This document shows positions 19,055 to 30,133 of a stretch of DNA of 64,000 nucleotides, in pieces. The translations under genes and the position numbers were made by a program. Position 1 is the stretch's first letter. Each line of letters begins with the position of its first letter. The stretch lies in the NCBI GenBank assembly GCA_965209035.1, contig OZ242372.1, positions 32,001-96,000 on the forward strand, read 5' to 3'. The notes beneath the pieces are model-generated. The model did no database searches. It was not told the origin of the DNA and was given only the letters and a program-made list of their open reading frames with translations. This DNA is from Gammaproteobacteria bacterium (lineage in GTDB: Bacteria; Pseudomonadota; Gammaproteobacteria; CBDBNL01; JAAOII01).

Positions 19055-19597
19055 ATGAAAAAACATGAAAATGTTGGCAGTATGCTAAACAAAGAACTTT
19101 ACAACGGCTTGCGCGCTGCGGGTGTTTCGGATGAGAACGCGCAACGCATAGCCGGTGAGGCGGCAAAGTATGACTTTTACTTTACCACCTTGGATAAATC
19201 TATCAGCGGGCTACGCTCGGATATGGAGAAGTCCAATCTTGCGTTACGCTCGGATGTGGATAAATCTATTTCGGATATGGATAAATCTATTAATGCGTTA
19301 CGCTCGGATACGGAGAAATCCAATCTTGCGTTGCGCTCGGATGTGGAGAAGTCCAATCTTGCGTTGCGCTCGGATATGGATAAATCTATCAGCGGGCTAC
19401 GCTCGGATACGGAGAAATCCAATCTTGCGTTGCGCTCGGATATGGAGAATTCCGCCTTAGAAGTCCAGAGAGATATCAAGAGGCTGGGAGAGAAAATTGA
19501 CAAAATTGCCTTTACAGATCGCCTGTTAATCGGGGTGAATCTGGTAACTCTTGGGGTTGCGTTGACCGGTTTCATTAGTATAGCCCGCATATTGTAA
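19055..19597 (+). CDS. Coiled-coil protein with 11-aa tandem repeats and a C-terminal membrane anchor (DUF1640/CCDC90- or Bdr-like architecture)
   Basis: Repeats of LRSD(M/V/T)(E/D)KS(N/I)(L/S)(A/G), 33-bp unit, about 19190-19450; N-terminal LYNGLRAAGVSDENAQRIA head; hydrophobic C-terminus. Confidence 0.7.
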   Translation: MKKHENVGSMLNKELYNGLRAAGVSDENAQRIAGEAAKYDFYFTTLDKSISGLRSDMEKSNLALRSDVDKSISDMDKSINALRSDTEKSNLALRSDVEKSNLALRSDMDKSISGLRSDTEKSNLALRSDMENSALEVQRDIKRLGEKIDKIAFTDRLLIGVNLVTLGVALTGFISIARIL

Positions 19598-19983
19598 TTG
19601 CAGCATCCCGGTTCGGCGATTCGGGATGCGGTTTGGGGGCGTGCGGACACCAACACGCAGAGTCCAAAACCGGGTGGGATGATACACACAAACAACTCTC
19701 GGCGGGTGCGGGGCTCAACAAAAAGGCATCATTGCCCGCCACTTTTTTTGGAGGGGGCGGACGGACACAGACAGAAAAACTTCAAAACTTCAAAGTATCA
19801 AAACTTCAAAATCTCCAAAACCCCGAAAACCGGGCGGGGCGATCTGGCTGGGGCGGAATGAGCTGGCTGGGCTGGGGCGGGATAGAACAAAACAGCGAAA
19901 GGTTCCTCTACCGACGGACCAACGGACCGACCGACAACCGACTTTTTTATCTGTGCTAAAATATCGGTAATCCTAATGGAATT

Positions 19984-21324
19984 ATGAAATCTATCAAAAC
20001 TATGAAAACTACCAAATCTATGGAAACCCGGCAAGAGATAATGAATCACAAACAAGGCACGGAAAACCTTGCCGAGTATGTGCGACAACTGGGGGAAGCG
20101 GCAAGAGCGGCGGCGGCCGTTTTGGCAACCGCATCCACTCAGGTTAAGAACAATGTGCTGCTAAAAATCGCCGATCTGCTGGATGCTCGCCGGGCGGAAC
20201 TTTTGGCTGCCAACGCCCGGGATATGCAACTTGCCGAAACCGGCGGACTGGAAGCCGCACTCAAAGACAGGCTTCTGCTTAATGATGCGCGCATCGATGG
20301 GATGATCACCTCGGTGCGTCAGGTGGCGGAGCTGACGGATCCGATTGGTGAGATAAGCGATTTGAAGTGCATGCCCAGCGGAATTCGGGTCGGTAAGATG
20401 CGTGTGCCTTTGGGTGTTGTCGGCATCATTTATGAATCGCGCCCGAATGTCACTATTGATGCGGCAATTCTGTGCTTGAAGTCCGGCAATGCCTGTATTC
20501 TGCGCGGCGGTTCCGAGGCGTTTCATTCCAACCGCCTGCTGGGCGATATTCTTGCGGCGGCACTGACGGATGTCGGCCTGCCGGCCGCCGGTGCGAGCAT
20601 TGTGGCAACCAAAGACCGGGAGGCGACGCGTCTTTTGATTTCCTCGGATGCCTATTTGGATGTACTGATCCCGCGCGGCGGGCGCGGCCTCATTGAGCAT
20701 GTGAACAACACTGCACGGGTGAATGTGATTAAGCATCTGGACGGTAATTGTCATGTGTATGTCAGCCGGCATGCGGATACGGAGATGGCGGTACGGATTA
20801 CGGTGAATGCCAAGACGCGCCGCTACGGAGTTTGTAATGCGATGGAGAGTCTGTTGGCGGATGTCGCCTGTGCGGGGACATTTCTGCCGTTGTTTGCCAA
20901 AGCACTGGCGGAGCGGGATGCGGTGGAACTGCGCGGTTGCCCGGCAACCTGTAAGATTCTGCCGGAATGCAAACCCGCCGCGGAAAGTGATTGGAGCGAG
21001 GAATACTTGGCGCCGATTTTGTCGGTCAAGATTGTTGACGGCACCGAAGAAGCCATTCGGCATATTAATCAATACGGTTCCAAGCACACGGATGCCATCA
21101 TTACCGACAGTTACGCGGAAGGGCAAGAATTTTTGCGCTCGGTAGATTCCAGTTCGGTGATATGGAATGCGTCCACCGGCTTTGCCGATGGTTTTGAGTA
21201 TGGTCTGGGAGCGGAGGTCGGGATATCCACCGACAAGTTTCATGCGCGCGGCCCCGTCGGCTTGGAAGGCCTAACCTGCCAAAAATTTGTGGTGCTGGGG
21301 CAGGGTGAAACACGCGACAATTAA
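19984..21324 (+). CDS. proA: Gamma-glutamyl phosphate reductase
   Basis: [68 protein letters not shown]. True start may be ATG 20041. Confidence 0.97.
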   Translation: MKSIKTMKTTKSMETRQEIMNHKQGTENLAEYVRQLGEAARAAAAVLATASTQVKNNVLLKIADLLDARRAELLAANARDMQLAETGGLEAALKDRLLLNDARIDGMITSVRQVAELTDPIGEISDLKCMPSGIRVGKMRVPLGVVGIIYESRPNVTIDAAILCLKSGNACILRGGSEAFHSNRLLGDILAAALTDVGLPAAGASIVATKDREATRLLISSDAYLDVLIPRGGRGLIEHVNNTARVNVIKHLDGNCHVYVSRHADTEMAVRITVNAKTRRYGVCNAMESLLADVACAGTFLPLFAKALAERDAVELRGCPATCKILPECKPAAESDWSEEYLAPILSVKIVDGTEEAIRHINQYGSKHTDAIITDSYAEGQEFLRSVDSSSVIWNASTGFADGFEYGLGAEVGISTDKFHARGPVGLEGLTCQKFVVLGQGETRDN

Positions 21325-22048
21325 GAAGGCATATGCTGTTTTGGGGGGTGCGTTTGATCCGATTCATATCGGTCATATGCGTGTCCTGATTGAAGTAAGC
21401 GAACTGTTTCCTTTTGAAAAGGTCTTTTTTATGCCTTATGCGCATTCGCCGGTTGGGAAAGAACCCTATGCGGCTGCGGAAGATCGCAAAGAAATGATCG
21501 CAGTCGCCTTAAAAGAATTGCATTCGCCAAAAATCGGTTTGGAAGAATGCGACTTAAAACGAGAGGGTCCTGCCTATACCTGCGACACCTTGGCGGGGTT
21601 GCGTAAAAAATACGGCGGAGAATGTCATTTGAGTTTGATATTGGGCAATGATGTTTACGCGAGTTTGCCGTCTTGGAAAAACTGGCGGTCTTTGCTTGCC
21701 AATGCAAATATTTTGGTGATTAATAGAAATGGCGCAAAAAACGGGGGTTCTGTGCCGGCGGAGTTGCACGCGTTGCGTGCCGAGGAGGAGGGCAGGTTAA
21801 CCAAGGCGGACAATTTTATGGATAGTATCTGCGGTTCTGTGTGCAAGACACAGATTCCTTTATTGGAGGTATCGTCTTCGGCGATCCGCAAGAAACTGCA
21901 TGCCGGTCAGGACCCGGCATATTTGCTGCCGGCAGGCGTGCCGGATTACATACGGGCAAAGAGGCTTTATATGAATAGGAATGTTGATGCGGACAGCCGG
22001 TTTTTGTCGACGAGATCAGACGGGGCCGGTAGGGTCGCCGGAGGATAA
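21305..22048 (+). CDS. nadD: Nicotinate-nucleotide adenylyltransferase
   Basis: [34 protein letters not shown]; follows proA. GTG 21305 chosen as start. Confidence 0.93.
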   Translation: MKHATIKKAYAVLGGAFDPIHIGHMRVLIEVSELFPFEKVFFMPYAHSPVGKEPYAAAEDRKEMIAVALKELHSPKIGLEECDLKREGPAYTCDTLAGLRKKYGGECHLSLILGNDVYASLPSWKNWRSLLANANILVINRNGAKNGGSVPAELHALRAEEEGRLTKADNFMDSICGSVCKTQIPLLEVSSSAIRKKLHAGQDPAYLLPAGVPDYIRAKRLYMNRNVDADSRFLSTRSDGAGRVAGG

Positions 22049-22487
22049 GGTTTTGACAAAACTTGGCTTAGCCGCTCGATCTAACCTGTCTACCCGGCCT
22101 GCCCGAGACGCCCAACCGGCGCATCCGGCGGCCGGAAAAAAGAGCGGCAAAGTTTTGTCGGCGGATGGAGTCAGAGATCTGGTTCTGCTGTCTTTGGAAG
22201 ATATGAAGGCTGTCCGGCCGGTAACGCTTAATGTGTCCAAGTTAACGGACATGACGGACTATATTGTTGTCGCCGAGGGAAACTCCAAACGGCATGTGAC
22301 CGCCATTGCCGATAAGGTTTGGGAAGATGCCAAGAAGGCGGAGTGCGAGGTTTTCGGGGCGGAAGGGCGGGAACACGGCGAATGGGTCCTGATAGACCTG
22401 AATACGGTGGTGGTTCATCTGATGTTGCCGGAAACTCGGGAATACTACAGGCTGGAGGATCTTTGGCAGGTCGGGGCGGACTACTGA
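21981..22487 (+). CDS. rsfS: Ribosome silencing factor (Iojap)
   Basis: LEDMKA, TDYIVVAEGNSKRHV, EWVLIDL, VVVHLM, REYYRLEDLW. True start probably downstream of 21981. Confidence 0.92.
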   Translation: MLMRTAGFCRRDQTGPVGSPEDKVLTKLGLAARSNLSTRPARDAQPAHPAAGKKSGKVLSADGVRDLVLLSLEDMKAVRPVTLNVSKLTDMTDYIVVAEGNSKRHVTAIADKVWEDAKKAECEVFGAEGREHGEWVLIDLNTVVVHLMLPETREYYRLEDLWQVGADY

Positions 22488-22689
22488 CAGAGTCAAAGGG
22501 CAGAGTAAAAGGGCAGAGTAAACAAACGAAAACGAATGAATACGGGAAAGACTTTCGGGTTAATGATTAGAAGATGATGAGGATATCGGGGGGCAGTTAA
22601 ATGCAAGTAAATGCAATCCAATGCAATCCAATCCAATGCAAACAATCGCAATAAAAAATAAAGCAATAAAGCATTAAAACAATAAAATA

Positions 22690-24561
22690 ATGAAACCTTT
22701 TGCGGACAGTCAAATCAAGGATCCTTTGCAAGAAAGAAGAATCTTTCGGCAGCGTTTAAATATTGTGGTGGTTTTTATCTTTATTTTGTTCTTTTCGGTT
22801 CTCGGACGCGTCTATTATCTGCAAATATGGCGTTACAGTGCTTTGCTGGGGCAATCGCATGACTTTCATATCCGCTTGCGCAGTATATCGCCGGAAAGAG
22901 GGCTGATACGCGATCGGCACGGAAATGTTCTTGCCGGAAATGTTCTTTCTTATGCTCTTTCGGTTCATACCTTACATGTGCAAGATATTAATCAATTACT
23001 CGACAGAATCTCAAGAATTGTTGCGCTGGATAAAGAGGATATAGACAAGTTTCTACGCCAGTATCGCAGCTCTTCTTTCCGCAATGAATTGATTATCTTG
23101 AAAGAAACCTTGACCGAAGAAGAGATTGCGGGAATAGCGGTTGACAAGTATCATTTACTCGGGGTGGAAGTGCAACCGCGTTATCGGCGTTTTTATCCTC
23201 ATCGCCATATGGTCAGTCATGTTTTGGGGCATATCGGCAGACTAACCGAAGAGGAATATGCGGATGCCGATCAAAGCGAATATCAAAATTTCGATCATAT
23301 CGGCAAGTTGGGGTTGGAAGGGTTTTACGAGAATAAATTGCGCGGTAAAAGCGGTGTGGAGGAGGTGGGAGTGGATGCCCACGGAAATGTGGTGAAGGTG
23401 TATCGCCGGGTTCCGGCAGACAGAGGGAAAGATATTTCCTTATGGTTGGATTTTGATTTGCAAAAGTTTGTCTGGAACGCGATGGAAGACAAGGTGGGAG
23501 CGGTCTTGGTCGCCGATGTTGCTACGGGCGGGATCCTCAGCATGGTGAGCAGACCCGCATACGATAACAATCAATTTGCACTCGGTTTGACACAAGCCGA
23601 CTTTTCCAAACTGCTAAAACAACCCGATGCACCGCTGCTTAATCGCGCCGCATCCGGGCGATATCCGCCCGGTTCTACGATCAAACCTTTTTACGCGATC
23701 TATGCGCTTGAAAACGAAATAGTCACTCCCGAATGGACAATTCATGACAAAGGCTATTTCAAACTGCCCAACAGTAATCAGGTGTTTCGCAACTGGAAGA
23801 GAAAGGGGCATGGCGATGTGGCGTTGCGGCGTGCAATACGCGTGTCCTCGGATACCTACTTCTACAATTTGGCTGTTCTCAACGGTTATGAAGGAGTCAC
23901 TCGTTCTTTAAAATCTTTCAGGTTTGGGGAGCGCGGTGCCGCGGATGTTTTTGACGAAATTCAGTTATCGCTGCCGACACCCGAATGGAAAATAGAACAC
24001 CATAACTTGCCTTGGTTTCCCGGTGATACGGTCAACATGGGCATAGGACAAGGTTATCTGCTGGCAAGCCCTCTGCAACTTTTGACGGCAACCCTGATAC
24101 TGGCTAACAGGGGGTTGGATGTGCGGCCGTATTTGGCACATTTCATTGGCAATGCCACCGCTTCGCCGAATGCCGATGAGTACGCGATCCGTCTCTCGGC
24201 GAAACAAGAAAATTGGGATCTGGTGTTTGCGGGGATGACAGATGTGATGCATGATAAAAAAGAAGGAACGGCAAAGTATGCCGGTCTGGGAATGAGTTAT
24301 CGGATGGCGGGGAAAACCGGAACAGCCCAAGTGGTTTCCTTGGATACGGTGGAACGCGCCGAAGAATTGGGATTGAAAATAAAAAAAGAATGGCTGGATC
24401 ATGCGTTGTTTCTTGCCTTTGCGCCTGCGGAGGCTCCCAAATATGCAATTGTTGTTGTGCTGGAAAACGGCGGTTCCGGCTTTAACGCGGCAAAACTGGC
24501 AAGGAAGGTTATGGACTATCTGATGGAAGATAAGAAAATTTCAAGTTTGGAGAAGGAGTAA
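22690..24561 (+). CDS. mrdA: Penicillin-binding protein 2
   Basis: RGLIRDR dimerisation domain; SxxK (GSTIKP), SxD (SSDTYFY), KTGTAQ; followed by rodA. Confidence 0.95.
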   Translation: MKPFADSQIKDPLQERRIFRQRLNIVVVFIFILFFSVLGRVYYLQIWRYSALLGQSHDFHIRLRSISPERGLIRDRHGNVLAGNVLSYALSVHTLHVQDINQLLDRISRIVALDKEDIDKFLRQYRSSSFRNELIILKETLTEEEIAGIAVDKYHLLGVEVQPRYRRFYPHRHMVSHVLGHIGRLTEEEYADADQSEYQNFDHIGKLGLEGFYENKLRGKSGVEEVGVDAHGNVVKVYRRVPADRGKDISLWLDFDLQKFVWNAMEDKVGAVLVADVATGGILSMVSRPAYDNNQFALGLTQADFSKLLKQPDAPLLNRAASGRYPPGSTIKPFYAIYALENEIVTPEWTIHDKGYFKLPNSNQVFRNWKRKGHGDVALRRAIRVSSDTYFYNLAVLNGYEGVTRSLKSFRFGERGAADVFDEIQLSLPTPEWKIEHHNLPWFPGDTVNMGIGQGYLLASPLQLLTATLILANRGLDVRPYLAHFIGNATASPNADEYAIRLSAKQENWDLVFAGMTDVMHDKKEGTAKYAGLGMSYRMAGKTGTAQVVSLDTVERAEELGLKIKKEWLDHALFLAFAPAEAPKYAIVVVLENGGSGFNAAKLARKVMDYLMEDKKISSLEKE

Positions 24562-24567
24562 CAAGTA

Positions 24568-25719
24568 ATGAGTGAAAAAATAAACATCATTAGACGGGAT
24601 CCCTATATCCGGGGAGCATCGCCGACATTTGAGAAGCCCCGTTATTTTCGCTCTTTCCATGCGGACCCCATCTTGCTGGGTTTGTTGAGTGTGATGATGT
24701 TGATTAGTTTGACAATGATTTACTCGGCAACGGAGAGTAATTTTTCGTATGTCATCCGTCAAACAATTTTTTATGCGGTGTCTTTTGGATTATTGTTTTT
24801 TATCTCGGGCATAGAAATTTACCGGTTCCGAATTCTGGCTTTCCCGCTTTATGTTTTGGGGATTGCTCTTCTTATCTGCGTCTTACTCTTTGGCATAGAA
24901 ATTAACGGCTCGCGTCGTTGGTTAGACCTGGGTCCCGTTAACTTTCAACCTTCCGAATATATGAAGATTGTGCTGCCATTATTCCTGTGTTGGATACTCA
25001 CCTACAAACCGCTGCCGGTACCCCTGCCACAGTTGTTTTATGTCCTGGTCGCAACTTTGATACCGGCCGGGCTGGTATTTATTCAACCGGATCTGGGGAC
25101 GGCGATGATTATTGTCATCACGGCGGCCTGTCTGATTTTCTTGGCGGGAATCGGGTTACGACTGATTTTGGCTTCTTCACTCATTCTGATTCTCAGTCTG
25201 CCGTTCGCTTGGTATTATCTTTTGCATGATTACCATAAGAATCGTATTTTGGCGTTTTTGGCCCCGGAAAACGATCCTTTGGGGTCTGGCTGGAGCGTTA
25301 TTCAGTCCAAAATTGCAATCGGAACAGGCGGATTCTTTGGCAAAGGGTGGGGGAATAATTTGCAAGGAAGCTTGGATTTTTTGCCCGAAACGCACACGGA
25401 CTTTATATTTTCAATTTTTGCCGAAGAATATGGCATGCTCGGTGTGACTTTTTTGATGTTATTGTATTTTTCTATCATTATGCGTTGTCTTTATATCGCC
25501 ACGGGAGCGAGAGACACTTTTGAACGATTCTTTTGCAGCAGTTTAACTTTTATTTTTTCTATGTATGTATTCATCAATATCGGGATGGTATCCGGTGTGT
25601 TGCCGGTGGTGGGGGTGCCTTTGCCGTTGATCAGTTACGGTGGGACTTCGTTGATTACCTTTTTCGGCGCTTTTGGTATCTTGATATCTGTGCATAATCA
25701 CAATCGCAAGGTTGTTTAA
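24568..25719 (+). CDS. rodA: Rod shape-determining peptidoglycan glycosyltransferase RodA
   Basis: GSRRWL, QPSEYMK, QPDLGTA, FLPETHTDFIF, PVVGVPLPLISYGGTS. Confidence 0.95.
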   Translation: MSEKINIIRRDPYIRGASPTFEKPRYFRSFHADPILLGLLSVMMLISLTMIYSATESNFSYVIRQTIFYAVSFGLLFFISGIEIYRFRILAFPLYVLGIALLICVLLFGIEINGSRRWLDLGPVNFQPSEYMKIVLPLFLCWILTYKPLPVPLPQLFYVLVATLIPAGLVFIQPDLGTAMIIVITAACLIFLAGIGLRLILASSLILILSLPFAWYYLLHDYHKNRILAFLAPENDPLGSGWSVIQSKIAIGTGGFFGKGWGNNLQGSLDFLPETHTDFIFSIFAEEYGMLGVTFLMLLYFSIIMRCLYIATGARDTFERFFCSSLTFIFSMYVFINIGMVSGVLPVVGVPLPLISYGGTSLITFFGAFGILISVHNHNRKVV

Positions 25720-26854
25720 ATTTACCTTATTAAAGCGGATTGAAGCGGTTTGGCGGCCGGTTTGGAATCTGGCTTGGCGGCGGCCCGGAATCCGCGGGAA
25801 GTCTCTTTGGCGGCTTTGGCGGCCGGTTTGGAATCTGGCTTGGCGGCTGCCCCGAATCCGCGGGAAGTCTCTCATACTGCTCCCCGTTATCCCGGCATTA
25901 TTGTCTTTTGAAATTCGCGCCGAAACCTTTGCCGAGGATCCGCGCACACAACAATTTGCCCGAGAACTGCAACAACACGGATTGTCTTATGAACAGGTGC
26001 TGTCGGATCTCGCAGCCGCCAAGCGACTGCCGGCGGTGTTGCGTTTGATTCAAAAACAACCGGAGAGCCGGGCGACCTGGCCGGATTACCGTGCCCGGTT
26101 TGTCAATAAACAGCATATCCGAGACGGCGTGAAGTTTATGACAAGGTACCGGCAAACCTTGAAGGATGCCGAAGCCGTGTTTGGTGTGCCTGCCTCGGTG
26201 GTTACCGCCATTATCGGTGTGGAAAGCAATTACGGACGACTTCACAAGACACACAGAGCGTTGGATGCGCTGGCTACTTTGGGCTTTTCGGACTATCGGC
26301 GCGCCGCTTTCTTTCGCAACGAACTGAAAGAATTGTTTCTTTTGGCATCGGAACAACAGAGCAGTGTGCTTTCTTATCGCAGTTCGTTTGCCGGGGCGAT
26401 GGGGTGGGGGCAGTTTTTACCTTCCAGTTATCGCAATTATGGCAAAGATTTTGACGAAGACGGCAAGGTGAACCTGCAAAATAACCCGGCAGACATCATT
26501 GGTAGTGTTGCAAACTATTTGGCAAAACACGACTGGCGGGCGGGCGAACCGATTTTGATCCCCGCCATGATGGTGGCGGTGGCGGAAAGCAACGCTTTAC
26601 CCGAGTTTGGCAATTCACTCAAACCAAACATTAGTTTGCGCCTTGCCAAAAAGCGTTATGGGCTTGTCCCCGCCGTTAGCGACTTTGAAGGGCGGGGGCT
26701 TGTCAGTCTTTGGAAGTTTGCGGGACAGGATCCTCCTTATTGGCTGGGCTTCGATAACTTTTATGTTCTTTCCCGCTACAATCGCAGTTCGCAATATGTC
26801 ATGGCGGTTTTTTTGCTGAGCGATGCCTTGGAAGCGGCGAAGGCGCCTTCTTGA
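25712..26854 (+). CDS. mltB: Lytic murein transglycosylase B
   Basis: IIGVESNYG, ALATL, FFRNEL, SFAGAMGWGQFLPSSY, SVANYL, NFYVLSRYNRS. Confidence 0.9.
   Translation: MFKFTLLKRIEAVWRPVWNLAWRRPGIRGKSLWRLWRPVWNLAWRLPRIRGKSLILLPVIPALLSFEIRAETFAEDPRTQQFARELQQHGLSYEQVLSDLAAAKRLPAVLRLIQKQPESRATWPDYRARFVNKQHIRDGVKFMTRYRQTLKDAEAVFGVPASVVTAIIGVESNYGRLHKTHRALDALATLGFSDYRRAAFFRNELKELFLLASEQQSSVLSYRSSFAGAMGWGQFLPSSYRNYGKDFDEDGKVNLQNNPADIIGSVANYLAKHDWRAGEPILIPAMMVAVAESNALPEFGNSLKPNISLRLAKKRYGLVPAVSDFEGRGLVSLWKFAGQDPPYWLGFDNFYVLSRYNRSSQYVMAVFLLSDALEAAKAPS
25749..25872 (+). repeat. 66-bp tandem duplication in the mltB 5' region
   Basis: Units start at 25749 and 25815 and encode WRPVWNLAWR.P.IRGKSL twice. 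Confidence 0.9.
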
Positions 26855-26943
26855 TGCACCTTAAAAAAGGCACTTTATTAAGGTAGGCATTTTAAGAGCA
26901 CCTTAAAAAGCATTAATATCCTATGCCCATAAAATAAAAAACT

Positions 26944-27891
26944 ATGCCAACTATGCCTATCACGAAAAGCCCGATCGTTTTGTTAGGAGATTGCCTGAAA
27001 CACATTGAAAAGACACGCTGTGATATCAGTTTTGTCGACCCGCCGTTCAATCAAGGCAAGGAATACCGATACTTTAATGATAAACAGGACGAAACCGAAT
27101 ATTGGCGTTGGATGCAAGAGGTTCTTGCCTCCCTATTTGAAATTACATCCAACGGCGGGGCGGTTTACTTTATGCAGAGAGAGAAGAATGCGGAGTTTGT
27201 GCTTGAAGCATTACGCAAAACAGGTTGGAAACTACAAAATTTGATTATCTGGAAGAAAATGGCGTCCGCAGTCCCGTGTTCCAATAGATACGGCAAACAT
27301 TATCAGATCATTGCCTATGCGGTCAAAGGAGACAAGCCAAGACTATTCAATCGCTTGCGCATTCAACCGCCCATGCTGCCGCATCACAAACTACCCAGAG
27401 AAAAGGGATTATATGTTACGGATGTTTGGGATGACATCCGGGAACTCACTTCCGGCTATTATGCCGGTAAAGAAGTCCTGCGCGATGAAAACAATAATCG
27501 TTTTCACAAACAACAGGCTCCCATTGCCTTGCTATTGAGGATTTTGCTTGCCTCTTCCATGCCGGGCGATAGGGTGCTTGACCCTTTTGCCGGCACAGGC
27601 ACAACCTGTGTGGTCGGGCAACAATTGGGGCGGGAAGTCACAGGCATAGAGTTGGACCCTCAAAATGTCGCCTATATCAAAAAACGACTGACTCCCGTCA
27701 GAACCGGCGACAACATTGACAAATATCATGTTTATTACGGATTTACGCCAAACCTGGACAAAATATGGGGAGAAGTAGCATCCAAGGCATCCGGGACATC
27801 TAAGGCATCCCGGACATCGAAGAAGCAAAATGAATTTGAAAAACGACAGGACCTATTCCATTTATCATCTGTTTTAAGGATGTCATCTTGA
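26944..27891 (+). CDS. Solitary beta-class amino (N6-A/N4-C) DNA methyltransferase
   Basis: Catalytic DPPF precedes the SAM motif VLDPFAGTGTT; IIWKK, DVWDDI, H..Q.P. Confidence 0.88.
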   Translation: MPTMPITKSPIVLLGDCLKHIEKTRCDISFVDPPFNQGKEYRYFNDKQDETEYWRWMQEVLASLFEITSNGGAVYFMQREKNAEFVLEALRKTGWKLQNLIIWKKMASAVPCSNRYGKHYQIIAYAVKGDKPRLFNRLRIQPPMLPHHKLPREKGLYVTDVWDDIRELTSGYYAGKEVLRDENNNRFHKQQAPIALLLRILLASSMPGDRVLDPFAGTGTTCVVGQQLGREVTGIELDPQNVAYIKKRLTPVRTGDNIDKYHVYYGFTPNLDKIWGEVASKASGTSKASRTSKKQNEFEKRQDLFHLSSVLRMSS

Positions 27892-27895
27892 TAAT

Positions 27896-27937
27896 AAAGG
27901 GACTGTCAAACATTTATTTGTTTAACGGTCCCTTTTT
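27896..27937. terminator. Probable bidirectional intrinsic terminator between the convergent MTase gene and lysS
   Basis: aaagggactgtcaaaca / tgtttaacggtcccttt inverted repeat with A and T tails. Confidence 0.65.
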
Positions 27938-27947
27938 GGTTACTCAA

Positions 27948-29576
27948 CTAAGATTTCGAGGGATTTGAGGGCGGTTGTGGTCGCAACTGCGGAAAAAGCA
28001 GGACATCGCGTATGGAGGCGCTGTCGGTGAGAAGCATAATTAGTCGGTCAATGCCGATTCCTTCGCCGGCGGTCGGCGGCATCCCGTATTCCAACGCCAT
28101 AATATAATCCTCGTCATACAGCATCGCCTCGTCATCTCCCTGTCCCTTGGCTTCGGCCTGGGCGCGCAGAACGCGTGCCTGTTCTTCGGGGTCATTGAGC
28201 TCGGAAAATCCGTTGGCAATTTCATTGCCGGCAATAAACAATTCAAATCGGTCGGCAATCGCCGGATCCCGGTCATTGCGTCGGGCAAGCGGAGAAATGG
28301 CAGCCGGATACTCGGTTACAAATGTTGGCAGGATGAGTTCTTTTTCCACTGTTTTCTCAAACAGCGCGTTTTGCAGGTTTGCCAACTTCCAACCGGGCAG
28401 GACCGGAATTGATTTTTTCTCCAAATGCCCGCGCATCAGATTCTCTGAATTTAAAGTTTCTGTGTCAAGTTCCGGATTGAACTTTAATAATGCATCTCGG
28501 TACTTGATTTTTTGGAAGGGCGGCTGCATGTCAATTTTGGTCCCCAGATACACGATGAATGTTTGTCCGTCTTCTTTAAAGGAAGCAACCAGGTCGGCTA
28601 GCAGGGTTTCGGTGAGACGCATCAAATCCGCATAGTCGGCATAGGCCTGATAAAACTCCAACATTGTAAATTCCGGGTTATGCTTGGTTGAGACGCCTTC
28701 GTTACGGAAGTTTCTGTTGATTTCAAACACCTTTTCAAAGCCGCCAACAACCAGTTTTTTTAAGAATAGTTCCGGGGCGATGCGCAGAAACAAGGGCATG
28801 CTTAACGCATTGTGATAAGTTTCAAACGGGCGGGCATTTGCACCGCCCGGCAAACTATGCAACATCGGTGTTTCCATTTCCAAAAATCCTTTTTGTTCAA
28901 AAAAGTCTCTAATAAAAGCGATGATTCGGGATCTGGTGCGAAACAAATCTGCCGATGCGGGGTTCATCAAGAGATCCAAGTAACGGCGACGATGTCGTAA
29001 TTCCTTGTCTGTCAAACCTTTGTGTTTATCCGGCAAGGGACGCAGATTTTTTGCCAATAACCTTAAGCGGTTCGCTTCAATACTCAGTTCGCCGGTTTTG
29101 GTCCTAAATACTTTCCCGCCAACTCCGATAATGTCTCCCAGATCCCATTCCAGAAACTGCTTGTATGTTTCTGCTCCGATCAAATCCGAACGCACATATG
29201 CTTGAAAATCACCGGAGTAATCTCGCAAAGTGATAAACGCCGCTTTACCCATTATTCGCCGGCGCATCACACGCCCGGCAATGGTGTGCTTTGTTTGTTT
29301 TTGTTCCAGCTGTGCGTTATTTAGATCGCCGTAATCGGCATGCAGGGAGCGACTGGTCGCATCCCGCCGAAAATCGTTCGGATAGGGGACCTTGCCATTG
29401 CCGGCATCCAGCCGCAAGGCCGCCAATTTTTGGCGTCGTTGCAGAAGAAGTGATTGTTCTTCGTCCTTACTTTTGGGGTTCTGCGAGTTATTCAAACGGA
29501 TATTTGCCGTATTTGCCGATGCGTGCGAGTCAATTTGTATGAGAATCTGTGATAAACACTCAAAATTATAAGGCAA
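27948..29576 (-). CDS. lysS: Lysine--tRNA ligase (class II)
   Basis: AGRVM..R.MGKA, FLEMETPM, LRIAPELFLK, RNFRNEG, FSELNDP, GMPPTAGEGIGIDRL. Start may be TTG 29495. Confidence 0.97.
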   Translation of the reverse strand: MPYNFECLSQILIQIDSHASANTANIRLNNSQNPKSKDEEQSLLLQRRQKLAALRLDAGNGKVPYPNDFRRDATSRSLHADYGDLNNAQLEQKQTKHTIAGRVMRRRIMGKAAFITLRDYSGDFQAYVRSDLIGAETYKQFLEWDLGDIIGVGGKVFRTKTGELSIEANRLRLLAKNLRPLPDKHKGLTDKELRHRRRYLDLLMNPASADLFRTRSRIIAFIRDFFEQKGFLEMETPMLHSLPGGANARPFETYHNALSMPLFLRIAPELFLKKLVVGGFEKVFEINRNFRNEGVSTKHNPEFTMLEFYQAYADYADLMRLTETLLADLVASFKEDGQTFIVYLGTKIDMQPPFQKIKYRDALLKFNPELDTETLNSENLMRGHLEKKSIPVLPGWKLANLQNALFEKTVEKELILPTFVTEYPAAISPLARRNDRDPAIADRFELFIAGNEIANGFSELNDPEEQARVLRAQAEAKGQGDDEAMLYDEDYIMALEYGMPPTAGEGIGIDRLIMLLTDSASIRDVLLFPQLRPQPPSNPSKS

Positions 29577-30133
29577 AAACTCGCATAGCCGCCATCCAAA
29601 CAGGGCTTTTTATCCCGGATCCGAGACAAACGAAAACTTCCTCTCTGCCTTTTGATTCCCTTACCCGGACGGAATGACCCGGAATGGCAAGGATGCCGTT
29701 TTCCCGGCAGGAATGAGTTGCCCCAAATGGCGCTATTGCATCGTATCACTTCCTATTATCTCAATAATAGGAAGTCATCTATGAGGCTTTTAGGCGGTTT
29801 TGGGCTGTGTTTTCCTTGATATTCCTTGATATTGTTGATTTCCTTGCTTTTGTAGAGGTTTGCCTGTATAGTTAATTGCTGTTTCCCGGGTTTGTGCGAA
29901 CAAGTCATCGCAGTCATCGCCCTGCCGATCTCTTGCGTGTTTTTCATTCGTCCGCTTTTAGGCCTTTAGGCCTTTTAGACTGTGACACAGGTATTCAACT
30001 CTTTGCAAAGTTGTACCTTTGTGTATCGTCAATGTATAATTTACAAAAGTCACTCTTATGTATTGATGTATTTGACTGACTTGCTTATTAACATTTATTA
30101 CATTCATTAAAAATTAATTAAAGGAGAAAAGAA

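Larger units (their letters stand above)
18922..19681. repeat. 42-bp direct repeats (18922-18963 and 19640-19681) flanking the coiled-coil gene
   Basis: cgtgcggacac[a/c]aacacgcagagtccaaaaccgggtgggatg at both sites, 1 mismatch. Confidence 0.85.

Noticed and set aside
19190-19450. Regular 33-bp repeats resembling a CRISPR array
   Set aside because: The repeats are contiguous and in-frame with no unique spacers, and no cas genes are present; they encode a coiled coil.
20161-21243. 360-aa minus-strand ORF
   Set aside because: Antisense to the well-supported proA.
29577-30133. Possible tRNA, riboswitch or ncRNA upstream of lysS
   Set aside because: No cloverleaf or recognisable riboswitch consensus by eye; an Rfam/Infernal scan would be needed to exclude it.
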